Assembly: GCA_038212325.1 (NCBI GenBank)
Contig: JBBQUQ010000004.1
Span: forward strand, 154-64,153
Source: Bacteroidales bacterium
GTDB lineage: Bacteria > Bacteroidota > Bacteroidia > Bacteroidales > FEN-979
Reading direction: 5' to 3'
Length of the DNA stretch: 64,000 nucleotides
Position numbers and translations under genes: made by a program. Below are positions 1-9,395 of the stretch, piece by piece; positions within the stretch are counted from its first letter, which is position 1; the number at the start of each line of letters is the position of its first letter. The notes under the pieces were generated by a model that did not search any database, was not told where the DNA came from, and was given only the letters and a program-made list of their open reading frames with translations.

Positions 1-1497
1 TGGAGGCTTGAAGATGGTACAACTTTTTTACCTGCTGGATTTCAACCAACTGGGAATGTTCACACCATCATCACTGGCAATACAGTAAATACTACTACAG
101 CTGCCCGGGCAAAAAATCTGACGATCAATCCTTCTGGTCAACTAACTGTTAATCCAACTATTTCCTTAGAAGTTACTGGCAACATGCTCATCGAAGGCAA
201 TGCAACTGGTTCAGGGTCGTTCCTGAACAACGGTACACTTACTGTTGCAGGAACCACTTCGTTTCAACGGTGGGTCACCTCGAACTGGACGACCGGGTTC
301 CCGACGGCAAGCACGCTATGGCACTATGTGTCCTCACCGATTTCAGGTGCCACCATTGGCACGTTTGTTGGCAGTTTGCTGAACAAATGGAACGAGCCCC
401 TTGAGCAATGGGATACACTCACCATACCAGTTAGCATACCCCTAGTTCCGGGCGTTGGTTATTCCCTGGCAAAGCATGCGCCCGACGGCCTTGTTACCTT
501 TTCAGGAGGCACGCTGAACAACAATACATCCTATTCGCCAATCATTACCATTAACACCCTTGGCAGCACACATGGCTGGAACCTGATCGGGAATCCATAT
601 TCCTGCGCCATCAGTTGGAATGCCCTTACCAAATCGAACGTATTCGCATCTGTTTATACATGGAACAGTGCCAGCGGCAACTATGTTTCCTACAACGGAA
701 CAGCCGGAGCCCTTACCAATGGCATCCTCCCCGCCACGCAGTCATTTTTCGTTCAGGCGCTCTCAACCACTGCCACTATCACGATTCCGGCAGCATCAAG
801 GCAGCATTCACCAACCATGCTTTACAAGAATACTGTAGAGACCCTGCTGACGATGAATGTAAAAGGCAGCAATGGGTATGAAGATTTCGCTTTTATCCAT
901 TTCAGGCCTGAAGCCACGGTCGGATTTGATCAGGAATACGACGCCTATAAATTATTCGGAGCAGAAACTGCCCCCCAGCTTTATTCAACTATTCCTTCTG
1001 AGAATCTAACGATCAATTCATTGCCCGGAATTGCTTCACAGCCGGTTATTGCCATGGGATTGTCGGTCGGGATCAGCGATACCTATACGTTTACTGCATC
1101 AGACCTAGAAACCTTTGCCACAGGTTCGGATATTTTCCTGGAAGACATTCTGTTAAACAAAGTTCAGAATCTGATTATCAACCCGGTTTACATCTTTACG
1201 GCATCGCCCGGTGATGCAGATCACAGGTTCAATATTCACTTTGCCCCCGTCGGCGTTTCCGAAAACAGTTCAACCGGGATCAAAGTATACAGCGCAGAGC
1301 GTACTGTTTATGTTAACATTCCTTCCGAAATGAAAGGCAACATCGTTGTTTACAACATGCTTGGCATTGAAATCACCAGGTCAGCCATTCAGGCCTATGC
1401 ACTTAACAAAATCAATCTGGATGTGCCTACAGGCTTTTATCTTGTTAAAGTAGATGGAGATTCCAGCGCAACAACAGGAAAGGTATTTATCAGGTAA
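1..1497 (+). CDS. Secreted protein with T9SS (Por) C-terminal sorting domain; 5' end lies outside the window
   Basis: Frame 1 is open from nt 1, with no stop before the ATG at 184, so the gene starts upstream. The last ~80 aa (IKVYSAERTVYVNIP...GFYLVKVDGDSSATTGKVFIR) match the typical Bacteroidota T9SS CTD pattern. Confidence 0.7.
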   Translation, partial: WRLEDGTTFLPAGFQPTGNVHTIITGNTVNTTTAARAKNLTINPSGQLTVNPTISLEVTGNMLIEGNATGSGSFLNNGTLTVAGTTSFQRWVTSNWTTGFPTASTLWHYVSSPISGATIGTFVGSLLNKWNEPLEQWDTLTIPVSIPLVPGVGYSLAKHAPDGLVTFSGGTLNNNTSYSPIITINTLGSTHGWNLIGNPYSCAISWNALTKSNVFASVYTWNSASGNYVSYNGTAGALTNGILPATQSFFVQALSTTATITIPAASRQHSPTMLYKNTVETLLTMNVKGSNGYEDFAFIHFRPEATVGFDQEYDAYKLFGAETAPQLYSTIPSENLTINSLPGIASQPVIAMGLSVGISDTYTFTASDLETFATGSDIFLEDILLNKVQNLIINPVYIFTASPGDADHRFNIHFAPVGVSENSSTGIKVYSAERTVYVNIPSEMKGNIVVYNMLGIEITRSAIQAYALNKINLDVPTGFYLVKVDGDSSATTGKVFIR

Positions 1498-1553
1498 TGT
1501 TCTGATAAGGCAAGGATAGTTAAACTTATACGAAAAATATAAAAATCACACAT

Positions 1554-1802
1554 ATGAAAAAGATCAAATTGGTTTTTGTTTTACTTGCAATCTGCGCTTT
1601 GCCATTCATCTCCTTGTCAGATCCTCCAGGCCCTCCGGGCAGCGGTGGACAGGCAGGTAATGGAGGCGGCGTAACCCCGGTCGGTGCGCCGATTGACGGA
1701 GGTTTGGGCATACTACTGGCCCTTGGCTTGGGTTACGGCGGGAAAAAGCTTTACAATGCCCGCAAGGCAAAGCATGAGCAGGTTGCCGACTCACAGGAAT
1801 AA
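1554..1802 (+). CDS. 82-aa mini-protein: signal peptide, Gly/Pro-rich ~30-aa linker, then a C-terminal motif-TM-basic sorting-signal-like tail
   Basis: MKKIKLVFVLLAICALPFISLS is signal-peptide-like. It is followed by DPPGPPGSGGQAGNGGGVTPVGA, then P-I-D-G-G, the hydrophobic stretch LGILLALGLGYGG, and KKLYNARKAK. Confidence 0.55.
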   Translation: MKKIKLVFVLLAICALPFISLSDPPGPPGSGGQAGNGGGVTPVGAPIDGGLGILLALGLGYGGKKLYNARKAKHEQVADSQE

Positions 1803-1871
1803 TCTTACGTTATAGCATCGATTTGGCATGCTTATTGCTATTGATGCATCTTATTGAGTTAATACAAATCT

Positions 1872-1908
1872 CATTGACCTTATTGTAATAAATACAATAA
1901 GGTCAATG
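1872..1908 (+). terminator. Perfect 16-bp inverted repeat with a 5-nt loop downstream of the mini-protein gene
   Basis: cattgaccttattgta / ataaa / tacaataaggtcaatg. There is no T-tract after it, so it could be a terminator or a protein-binding dyad. Confidence 0.45.
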
Positions 1909-1968
1909 CATAAATAAACCATCATAATCTATTCAGCATATTTTTAACACAACCAAACATTTTTAATC

Positions 1969-2400
1969 ATGAGAAAATTCATTTTATTGTTTGCCTTCGG
2001 GCTTATCGGCGTATTTGGTTATTCACAGGCATTGAAACCAGACCAGGTACCCCAATTGATCAAAGACAGAGTCCAGTTTAAGTTTCCGCAGGCTATGGAT
2101 GTTCCTGTTACCTGGAGCAAGGAAAAAGGCGACTACAAGGCAAGTCTCACCATCATGGATTCACCTGCCTGGATCGTGGTTGACACCCTTGGAAAAATTA
2201 AACGTGTTGAGCGGAGAATTCATGAGTCGTACCTGCCTGAGAAAGCAAAAAAATACATGAAATCGCTTGATCCAAATTACACGGTTATTTCTGTGACTCA
2301 AATTACCGACCATAAGGAGAAGGTTACCTATAATACGGTGGCCAAGATCAAGACCGATTTTATATTTGACGGCAAAGGGGATGTTGCAGGGAAAAAATAA
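1969..2400 (+). CDS. Small periplasmic PepSY-like (DUF2874-type) protein
   Basis: Signal peptide MRKFILLFAFGLIGVFGYSQA. The body has two ~55-aa halves with the lysine-rich beta pattern of PepSY-like proteins. This is recognition by eye only. Confidence 0.45.
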   Translation: MRKFILLFAFGLIGVFGYSQALKPDQVPQLIKDRVQFKFPQAMDVPVTWSKEKGDYKASLTIMDSPAWIVVDTLGKIKRVERRIHESYLPEKAKKYMKSLDPNYTVISVTQITDHKEKVTYNTVAKIKTDFIFDGKGDVAGKK

Positions 2401-2421
2401 TTAACATTCCCCTGGTTTCAT

Positions 2422-4197
2422 TCAAGGGCTGATCAGGTTTTCTTTACCTCCGTACTTAGTGTATTCACGGGCGTACCAGTTTGCCGAATCAGCCTTTTTT
2501 GCGTCATGTCGATAATAGAGACAAAGGCTGCGGTATGCTCTTGCAAGGTCGGGCTTTAACCGGATGGCGCGAAGCCACATGGAAGCAGCCTTTTCCTTTT
2601 CACCACTGTTCACCAGGTAGATCCCGAGGTTGTAAGCGGCATCAGCATTTGCCGGATCGTTGTTTACGGCCTCCTGGCAGCGTTTTACAGCATTGGTATA
2701 ATCGCCTTTCTGAAAATAATCGGCACTGGATTCAAGGCACAGCGCAATGAAATTCGCTCGTCCTTCCGGATCGCCGTATCCTTGCTGAAAAGCCATCGAA
2801 AAGTACCGGTATGCAGTTTCATAGTCCTTTTTATCGGCAAAACTGATCATGCCAAGCTGATACTTGAATTCAGGGTATGATTTGAGCCTTTCGGCTTCAA
2901 GCAAGTATTGCTCGTAGCGAACGTTGTCTTTTTGTTTGAAGTAGTACCTCCCCATATAGTATTGAAACCATGATTTATCCGGCATATACCTGATGGCCGA
3001 TCCCCAGTAATTCACCCCATTCTCATACCTGGTTTGCTGGGAAAACGCGAAGATTGACAGCAGGACCATGAGGCCCCCAAGGATGAAACTGTAAGGCCGC
3101 TTTGCAAGTTGAAACCATTTCTCGGGGCAGGCGGCAAGAAGCATGATCACAAACCCGATCGCCGGAAGGTAGGTGCGGTGGAGCAGGTATTCGAAATTGT
3201 CGTCGGCTGATACCAGCCGTACGAACATGTTGGGCAGGCAGAAACCAATGAACCAGGCTGCGCCCAACAAAATCAGCGGAAGGGATTTCTGCTGTTTCTT
3301 CACAACCATAAATCCCAGGATCAACAGCATGGCAACGACGCCTGCCAGGGTATATGCCGGTGTAAAAACAGGGGTGACCGGCAGATTAAACGGAAAGAAA
3401 AACCGGGATACGACTTCCGGGATAAAAGGAAGGTTCTTCAGCATCGCATGAAGGCCCAATTGGTTATCGCTGCGGTGATCAATGGAAATCAACCTGAGGT
3501 AATACCAGGAGGCCATCACCAATACCCATGCCCCAACTAACTTCATGGCTCGTCCATCCAGGAATCTCTCTTTTTTCAGCAATAGGTACAGCACGAACAG
3601 GATTGGGAAGAACACCCCTGATTCTTTGGAGAAAACTGCTCCGGCAAGACACGCCACATGCATGATTAGAACATGGATCTTCTTATCCCTGAGGAACAGG
3701 ATAAAGAGGGAAAACGAAAGCGTTCCGAACAACGTGACCAGCAAATCGCCCCTCGCGGGTATCCAGAGCACTGCCTGTCCCATCATCGGATGAACCGAGA
3801 ACATGAGCGTAGCAACCAGCGCTTTCGGCTTGGTGAAACCCAGCAGTCCGAGCAACCATAGCAAGCTGATACAGGTCAGAACATGGATGATGATATTCCC
3901 TGCGTGGTATACTGCCGGATTCTTTCCTCCGATCGCAGCTTCCAGCATCATCGATACCGTTTGCAATGGACGGTAATAAGGGCTAAGGCTGGCAAAAAAC
4001 GCATCGCTGCGAAACGCACGGCCCAGGTTCGAAAGGTCGCTTATTTTTTCATAGTTGCTCAGCACCAGGATATCGTCATCGAAATAGACAAATCCAAGCC
4101 GAAGGGCTGAAACGTACAACAGTAATGGGATGACGATGACAAGCAAGGCGGAGTAGCGGTAAAAATCGGCTTCTTTTATTGGAGTATTTGCTTTCAC
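2422..4197 (-). CDS. PMT/TMTC-like GT-C membrane glycosyltransferase fused to C-terminal TPR repeats (paralog 1)
   Basis: About 10 TM helices. An acidic FDDD motif sits directly after TM1 (LGFVYFDDDILVL). The C-terminal ~170 aa are TPR-like (AYNLGIYLVNSGEKEKAASMWLRAIRLKPDLARAY). The only start in frame is GTG at 4197. Confidence 0.7.
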   Translation of the reverse strand: MKANTPIKEADFYRYSALLVIVIPLLLYVSALRLGFVYFDDDILVLSNYEKISDLSNLGRAFRSDAFFASLSPYYRPLQTVSMMLEAAIGGKNPAVYHAGNIIIHVLTCISLLWLLGLLGFTKPKALVATLMFSVHPMMGQAVLWIPARGDLLVTLFGTLSFSLFILFLRDKKIHVLIMHVACLAGAVFSKESGVFFPILFVLYLLLKKERFLDGRAMKLVGAWVLVMASWYYLRLISIDHRSDNQLGLHAMLKNLPFIPEVVSRFFFPFNLPVTPVFTPAYTLAGVVAMLLILGFMVVKKQQKSLPLILLGAAWFIGFCLPNMFVRLVSADDNFEYLLHRTYLPAIGFVIMLLAACPEKWFQLAKRPYSFILGGLMVLLSIFAFSQQTRYENGVNYWGSAIRYMPDKSWFQYYMGRYYFKQKDNVRYEQYLLEAERLKSYPEFKYQLGMISFADKKDYETAYRYFSMAFQQGYGDPEGRANFIALCLESSADYFQKGDYTNAVKRCQEAVNNDPANADAAYNLGIYLVNSGEKEKAASMWLRAIRLKPDLARAYRSLCLYYRHDAKKADSANWYAREYTKYGGKENLISP

Positions 4198-4271
4198 AAG
4201 GATCGATATATGAAAAGTTAAAGGTAGAAATATTTATCATTCGGGACAAAATTCGTAATTTCGCCTTTCAT

Positions 4272-6851
4272 ATGGCACTCATAAAAAAAGACAACTCCTT
4301 ATCAGTTTTCGGATTTCCTGCTTTCTGGATGGCCCTTATTGCCATCGCCACCTTTGTGGCCTACCTTCCGGCTTTAAGGGGGAATTTCACGAGTTGGGAC
4401 GACATGGTCTATGTTGTTGAAAATCCATACATCAAGTCCCTTTCGGCAAAAAACATCGCCGAAATCTTCTCCACCAATTTCATGGGGAATTATCACCCCC
4501 TGTCGATGTTGTCGCTTTCAATTGATTACCAGATAAATAAATTTGACCCATTTGTCTTTCACCTCAACAATATCCTTATACACATTGTAAATTCCATTCT
4601 GGTGCTGCTGGTAATTAAACAGCTTACCGGGAAGTTGCAGGTCGCTGTAATTGCTGCGTTGCTATTTGGCGTGCATGCACTACACGTGGAGTCGGTGGCC
4701 TGGATTTCGGAAAGGAAAGATGTGCTGTACACCTGTTTTTACCTGTTATCGATATATAGCTATCTGCGTTATTTTCCGAAAAAAGACTACAAGTGGTTTG
4801 GCTTAAGCCTCCTTTTCTTTCTGCTTTCATGTTTGTCGAAGGGACAGGCTGTGACCCTTGCTGTCACACTTTTCCTGGTTGATATTTTCGCCGGCAGGAA
4901 GTGGACTGAGATTAAAATTCTGTTGGAAAAGGTCCCTTTTCTCATCCTGGCCCTGATATTTGGCATAGTTGCATTCGGGGCACAGCAGGGGGCTGATGCG
5001 ACCATCATGGCTAACTTCCCTGTTCAGCAGCGTGTTGCTTTTGCGTCATATGGCTTAATCATGTATATCCTGAAACTGATATACCCTTTCGCACTGTCGG
5101 TGTACTATCCTTACCCGATACTTGGAAATACAGGCGAAGTTCCCTTGTTATTCTGGCTCTGCATCATTCCGGCCATTGCTTTTATCGTTCTTGTGTTCCT
5201 GGCGTGGAAGCGTTCAAAACCGTTATTTTTCGGGACAGCTTTCTTTCTTTTAAATATAGTCTTGCTGCTGCAACTGTTACCAGTGGGGCGGGCTATTATG
5301 GCCGACCGGTATGCTTACATCCCTTCCATCGGCTACTGTTTTCTTGTCGGGGTTTACATCTCCGACCGGAGGTATATCAAGTTGGATAAGGTTGCCTGGG
5401 GAATTGTATCACTTTATGCTGCCTTGCTTATGTTCCTTACATTCCAGCAAAGCAAGATATGGCTTAACTCCCAAACGTTATGGAGTGACGCCATCGCAAA
5501 AAACCGCAATGTTCCGGTTGCCTGGTACAACCTGGGAAATACCCATATGGATTCTGCCAATTATAAAGCGGCGATATCCGAATACACTGAATGCCTCAAA
5601 CTTCAGCCCGATTTTTGGAAAGCATATATAAACCGGGGGAATGCCAAAAGCAAAACAAACGATTTTATCGGGGCGATCGCTGATTTTGATGCCATGCTCA
5701 GGATTGATTCAACCTCGGCAACTGCTTATATCAACCGTGCCCTTGCACGCAGGATGCTTCAGGATTACCCTAATGCGCTAAAGGATTATAATATTGCGGT
5801 GCGATTGAAGCCTGATCAGATGGAACTCTTCGCTGCCCGGGCAAACCTGAAGCTTGACATGAAAGATTATGAAGGTGCCATCCGTGATTTTGACGAGGCG
5901 ATTAAAATAAATCCGAAGGCCCCTGCAGTTTACACCAACCGGGCAATCGTCAAGAAAGCCGGGAATGATCTGTCCGGAGCACTTGCAGATTATAACACAG
6001 CCATTGAGCTTGACCCCAACAACAGCGAGTTTTACAATAACAGGGGCAACCTGAAATTTCAATTGAACGATTTCAAGGGAGCCATTGATGATTATTCGGC
6101 AAGTATCCGCCTGTCGCCAAAGGATTACCTTGGATATAAGAACCGGGCAGCCGTCAGATTATCCCTGAAACAATATGATGAGGCCCTGGCCGATCTTAAG
6201 GCTGGCATCAGGCTGAACGCGAAATCGGGCGAACTATTTTACACGATGGCCATGGTGAAAAAGGCGATGAATGATCTGCCCGGGGCCAAAGCCGATTACA
6301 AGACAGCGGTAGCGTTGGATCCGGGCTATTCTTCGGCGGGCTACATGAAGAGCATCGGCATTTCAAGCAATGAAATGCCAGGGCTTCAGCCTTCCCAGTT
6401 AAACGAGCAGGGGCTGGTGATGGAATCACAAGGCAAGCTGCAGGAGGCTGCTGATTTTTACAAAAAAGCGCTGACGCTTAAGCCGGATTTTGCAGAAGCC
6501 TGGTTTAACCTTGGAAACGTGTATGGCAAGACAAATCGTTTCAGCGAAGCCATGAATTGCCTGAACAATGCCATCAAACATAAGCGTGATTATGTGCAGG
6601 CGCTGTCAAGCCGGGGTATCGCGTTTGCCAGCATGGGGAAAACCGCCGAGGCGATCAGCGACCTTTCGGCGGCAATCAAGGAGAACCCCGAATACGCCGT
6701 TGCTTACTTTAACCGCGCTCTGGTGTATCTCAATACCGGCAAAAAGGATCTTGCCTGCGTTGACCTGCAAAAGGCTGTCAAACTGGGATATAATGCAGCG
6801 TACCCGATCTTTCAGAAGGAGTGCCAGGGCAAACAGGCCATGAAATTGTGA
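4272..6851 (+). CDS. PMT/TMTC-like GT-C membrane glycosyltransferase fused to a long C-terminal TPR array (paralog 2)
   Basis: The first ATG is at 4272; the ORF-track start at 4179 is TTG and overlaps the divergent gene. WDD follows TM1 (NFTSWDDMVYVVENPYI). A multi-TM core is followed by ~12 TPR units (AWYNLGNTH..., AYINRGNAK..., AYFNRALVY...). Confidence 0.8.
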   Translation: MALIKKDNSLSVFGFPAFWMALIAIATFVAYLPALRGNFTSWDDMVYVVENPYIKSLSAKNIAEIFSTNFMGNYHPLSMLSLSIDYQINKFDPFVFHLNNILIHIVNSILVLLVIKQLTGKLQVAVIAALLFGVHALHVESVAWISERKDVLYTCFYLLSIYSYLRYFPKKDYKWFGLSLLFFLLSCLSKGQAVTLAVTLFLVDIFAGRKWTEIKILLEKVPFLILALIFGIVAFGAQQGADATIMANFPVQQRVAFASYGLIMYILKLIYPFALSVYYPYPILGNTGEVPLLFWLCIIPAIAFIVLVFLAWKRSKPLFFGTAFFLLNIVLLLQLLPVGRAIMADRYAYIPSIGYCFLVGVYISDRRYIKLDKVAWGIVSLYAALLMFLTFQQSKIWLNSQTLWSDAIAKNRNVPVAWYNLGNTHMDSANYKAAISEYTECLKLQPDFWKAYINRGNAKSKTNDFIGAIADFDAMLRIDSTSATAYINRALARRMLQDYPNALKDYNIAVRLKPDQMELFAARANLKLDMKDYEGAIRDFDEAIKINPKAPAVYTNRAIVKKAGNDLSGALADYNTAIELDPNNSEFYNNRGNLKFQLNDFKGAIDDYSASIRLSPKDYLGYKNRAAVRLSLKQYDEALADLKAGIRLNAKSGELFYTMAMVKKAMNDLPGAKADYKTAVALDPGYSSAGYMKSIGISSNEMPGLQPSQLNEQGLVMESQGKLQEAADFYKKALTLKPDFAEAWFNLGNVYGKTNRFSEAMNCLNNAIKHKRDYVQALSSRGIAFASMGKTAEAISDLSAAIKENPEYAVAYFNRALVYLNTGKKDLACVDLQKAVKLGYNAAYPIFQKECQGKQAMKL

Positions 6852-6881
6852 AATGGTGAATAGCGAAATGGCGAAATCAAG
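6843..6881. repeat. Tandem 8-nt word array (AAATGGTG family), 5 degenerate units
   Basis: aaattgtg aaatggtg aatagcg aaatggcg aaatcaag. The array spans the stop codon at 6849-6851 and the ATG at 6853. Confidence 0.85.
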
Positions 6882-9354
6882 TAGCGCGGAGATGAAACAA
6901 AAACCAACCAAAAAACCATCAAGCCAGCCGGTTACCAGGCCGGCCGGTAAAAAAACGGAAAACAAAACGTTCGAACGATACGCCCTTTGGATTACCCTTG
7001 GGCTGATTTCGGTTATAATCCTGGTCATTTTCTTCGATTTCATCATGGGGAACAGGTATTATTTGTTCAAGGACATCGGCAGTGATTCATTGAACGGATA
7101 TTATCCTTATATTCTCAACAGTGTAAGATATCTCGGGGAAGAGGGCTTTCCCCGGTGGTCATTTGCGATGGGCATGGGACAGTCGATCTATCCCGGCAGC
7201 TTTGGGGATCCCTTTGCGTTTATCATTAACCTGATGGGTACGCAAAAGGTTGCCTACGGGATCATATTATCCGATATCAGCAAGTATATCGTAACCTGCT
7301 GGCTCTTCTTTCTCTACCTGAGGCTGCTGAACCTGAGTAAGACTTCCGCAATGATTGGTTCACTCTTATTTTCCCTGTCGGGATTCATGGTCGTAGCCGG
7401 AAGCTGGTACACTTTTTCCTTAGAGGTGGTTTACATGGCTTTTTTATTGTTTGCTTTTGAGAAACTTTACAAACAAAACAACTGGTTTTTTTTCCCCATC
7501 GCCATTGCCCTGATCGGCATGTATGTGCCATTCAACATTTACCTGTACGGTCTTTTCCTGATCATTTATATGATATTCCGTTTTTTAACCGATGACACTC
7601 CTCGTTTTAAAAATTTCCTTTCCCTGGTTTTGAAAATGGCGGGATTGACCATACTCGGGCTGTTAATCGGTTCTGTCTTTTTCATTCCAAACTTACAACG
7701 TTTGATTGACAGTCCGCGGGTAACCGGAAATTCCTCGTATTTCATGACCCTGATGAGCAAGCCGGTTTTCAGCCTGGCATCGCACGATCACTATGTCACA
7801 TCCATCATGCGCGCCTTTGGAAACGATCTCATTGGTAACGGCAGCAATTTCAAAGGATGGTACAACTACCTCGAAGCGCCATTATTTTATATCGGATTGC
7901 TCCCCTTGCTTCTGTTCACGCAAGTATTTTCCCTTATTGGCCGCAGGAAAAAAATCATCTATGCAGTTTTCCTGGTGATTTACCTGGTTCCCGTGATCTT
8001 CCCATTTTTCCGCAACGCTTTCTGGGCCTTCACCGGTGATTATTACAGGGGGTTTTCCCTCTTTTTTTCATTTATACTGCTGCTATTCAGCCTGCAGGTG
8101 ATCAGCGAGCTTGACAAAGGCAAAAAGGTTAACCTGGTGATTTTGCTGATCACAACCGGTGTGTTGCTGGTGATGCTTTATTATCCTTATCAGAATATCG
8201 ACCAGGTTATCAGGAAAGACCTGCAATCGGTGGTAATGATCTTTCTTTTCCTCTATGCGATTGTTCTCCTGCTGTTTAATTTTATTGAGAACAGGGCAGT
8301 GTTAAAGACAATACTGGTGCTCCTTGTATGTACAGAACTGATCTATTTTAATGGGAAAACCGTAAGGGAAAGAGATACAATCACCCGCACCGAATGGCAG
8401 CAAAAAGCCGGGTACAATGATTATACAGTTGATGCAGTATCCTGGCTCGGGGATATTGACAAGGGTTTTTTCAGGCTCAACAAGGACTACTCCTCGGGGC
8501 CTGCCATTCATCGCAGCGTGAACGATGCACTGGTGCAGGACTATTATGGCACTCCTTGCTACAGTTCGTTCAACCAGAAATACTATATCCGGTTCCTCGA
8601 AGAGGCGGGGGTGATCGAGAAAGGCAGGGAGGACCAGTCACGCTGGGCCCGTGGATTGTCGGAGCGGCCATTGCTCCAAATCATGGGGAGTGTCAAATAC
8701 AATCTCAGCACCAGGGACAGGTCCTTTTTCCAGAATATGGGGTACGATTCCATCAACAAATTCGGAAATGTAAAATTGCTGAAGAACCGTTATTTCATGC
8801 CGCTCGGATACACATACGACCGTTACATCCCTATAAGCCTGTTCCGGAAACTATCCATGGCGCAACGTGATTTTGCATTGCTGCAAGCCTTTATTGCCGA
8901 GGAACCCATTGACCCGGCTTTTTCCGCCCTGAAGGAATTCACCATCGGCGACACCACCAAATCACTTACTTTTGAGGAGGTATCAGCAGATGTAAACGAT
9001 CGAAAAGCCGACACCTTGCAAATCACCTCTTTTTCCGACAACCACATCAGCGGAAAGATCAGCCTGAAAGAAGCCAGGGTGCTGTTCTTAAGCATCCCAT
9101 ATGACAAAGGGTGGAAGGGGATGATCGACAACAAACTGCAGGAGCCATCCCTGTGCAACGCCGGGTTTCTCGGCTTTTATCTTGGCAAGGGGGATCACAC
9201 CATTCAACTCGATTACGGGGTGTATCATATGGCACTCAGCGTATGGCTTTCGTTGGCCGGCATTGTGATTTTAGTTCTACTGGCTCTATACAGGTACCGG
9301 GCAACCCTGATTGGGAAGATAATAAAACCAGAAAATGTGAAACATTCTTCATAA
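6853..9354 (+). CDS. YfhO-family GT-C membrane glycosyltransferase
   Basis: A large polytopic protein. The C-terminal extracytoplasmic block (SIPYDKGWKGMIDNKLQEPSLCNAGFLGFYLGKGDHTIQLDY) plus a final TM is characteristic of YfhO. The start is uncertain because codons 1-13 are repeat-encoded; an alternative ATG is at 6892. Confidence 0.7.
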   Translation: MVNSEMAKSSSAEMKQKPTKKPSSQPVTRPAGKKTENKTFERYALWITLGLISVIILVIFFDFIMGNRYYLFKDIGSDSLNGYYPYILNSVRYLGEEGFPRWSFAMGMGQSIYPGSFGDPFAFIINLMGTQKVAYGIILSDISKYIVTCWLFFLYLRLLNLSKTSAMIGSLLFSLSGFMVVAGSWYTFSLEVVYMAFLLFAFEKLYKQNNWFFFPIAIALIGMYVPFNIYLYGLFLIIYMIFRFLTDDTPRFKNFLSLVLKMAGLTILGLLIGSVFFIPNLQRLIDSPRVTGNSSYFMTLMSKPVFSLASHDHYVTSIMRAFGNDLIGNGSNFKGWYNYLEAPLFYIGLLPLLLFTQVFSLIGRRKKIIYAVFLVIYLVPVIFPFFRNAFWAFTGDYYRGFSLFFSFILLLFSLQVISELDKGKKVNLVILLITTGVLLVMLYYPYQNIDQVIRKDLQSVVMIFLFLYAIVLLLFNFIENRAVLKTILVLLVCTELIYFNGKTVRERDTITRTEWQQKAGYNDYTVDAVSWLGDIDKGFFRLNKDYSSGPAIHRSVNDALVQDYYGTPCYSSFNQKYYIRFLEEAGVIEKGREDQSRWARGLSERPLLQIMGSVKYNLSTRDRSFFQNMGYDSINKFGNVKLLKNRYFMPLGYTYDRYIPISLFRKLSMAQRDFALLQAFIAEEPIDPAFSALKEFTIGDTTKSLTFEEVSADVNDRKADTLQITSFSDNHISGKISLKEARVLFLSIPYDKGWKGMIDNKLQEPSLCNAGFLGFYLGKGDHTIQLDYGVYHMALSVWLSLAGIVILVLLALYRYRATLIGKIIKPENVKHSS

Positions 9355-9395
9355 TTTTAAGCACGAAATAACTTATCCATTTAAAAGAAGATTTT

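Noticed and set aside
4179-4271. Upstream starts given by the ORF track: 4179, 10276, 15653, 35391, 39388, 50068, 51366 and 55469.
   Set aside because: They use non-ATG codons, overlap neighbouring genes, run through repeats, or lie upstream of the TAnnTTTG box. Internal ATGs give canonical N-termini or signal peptides.
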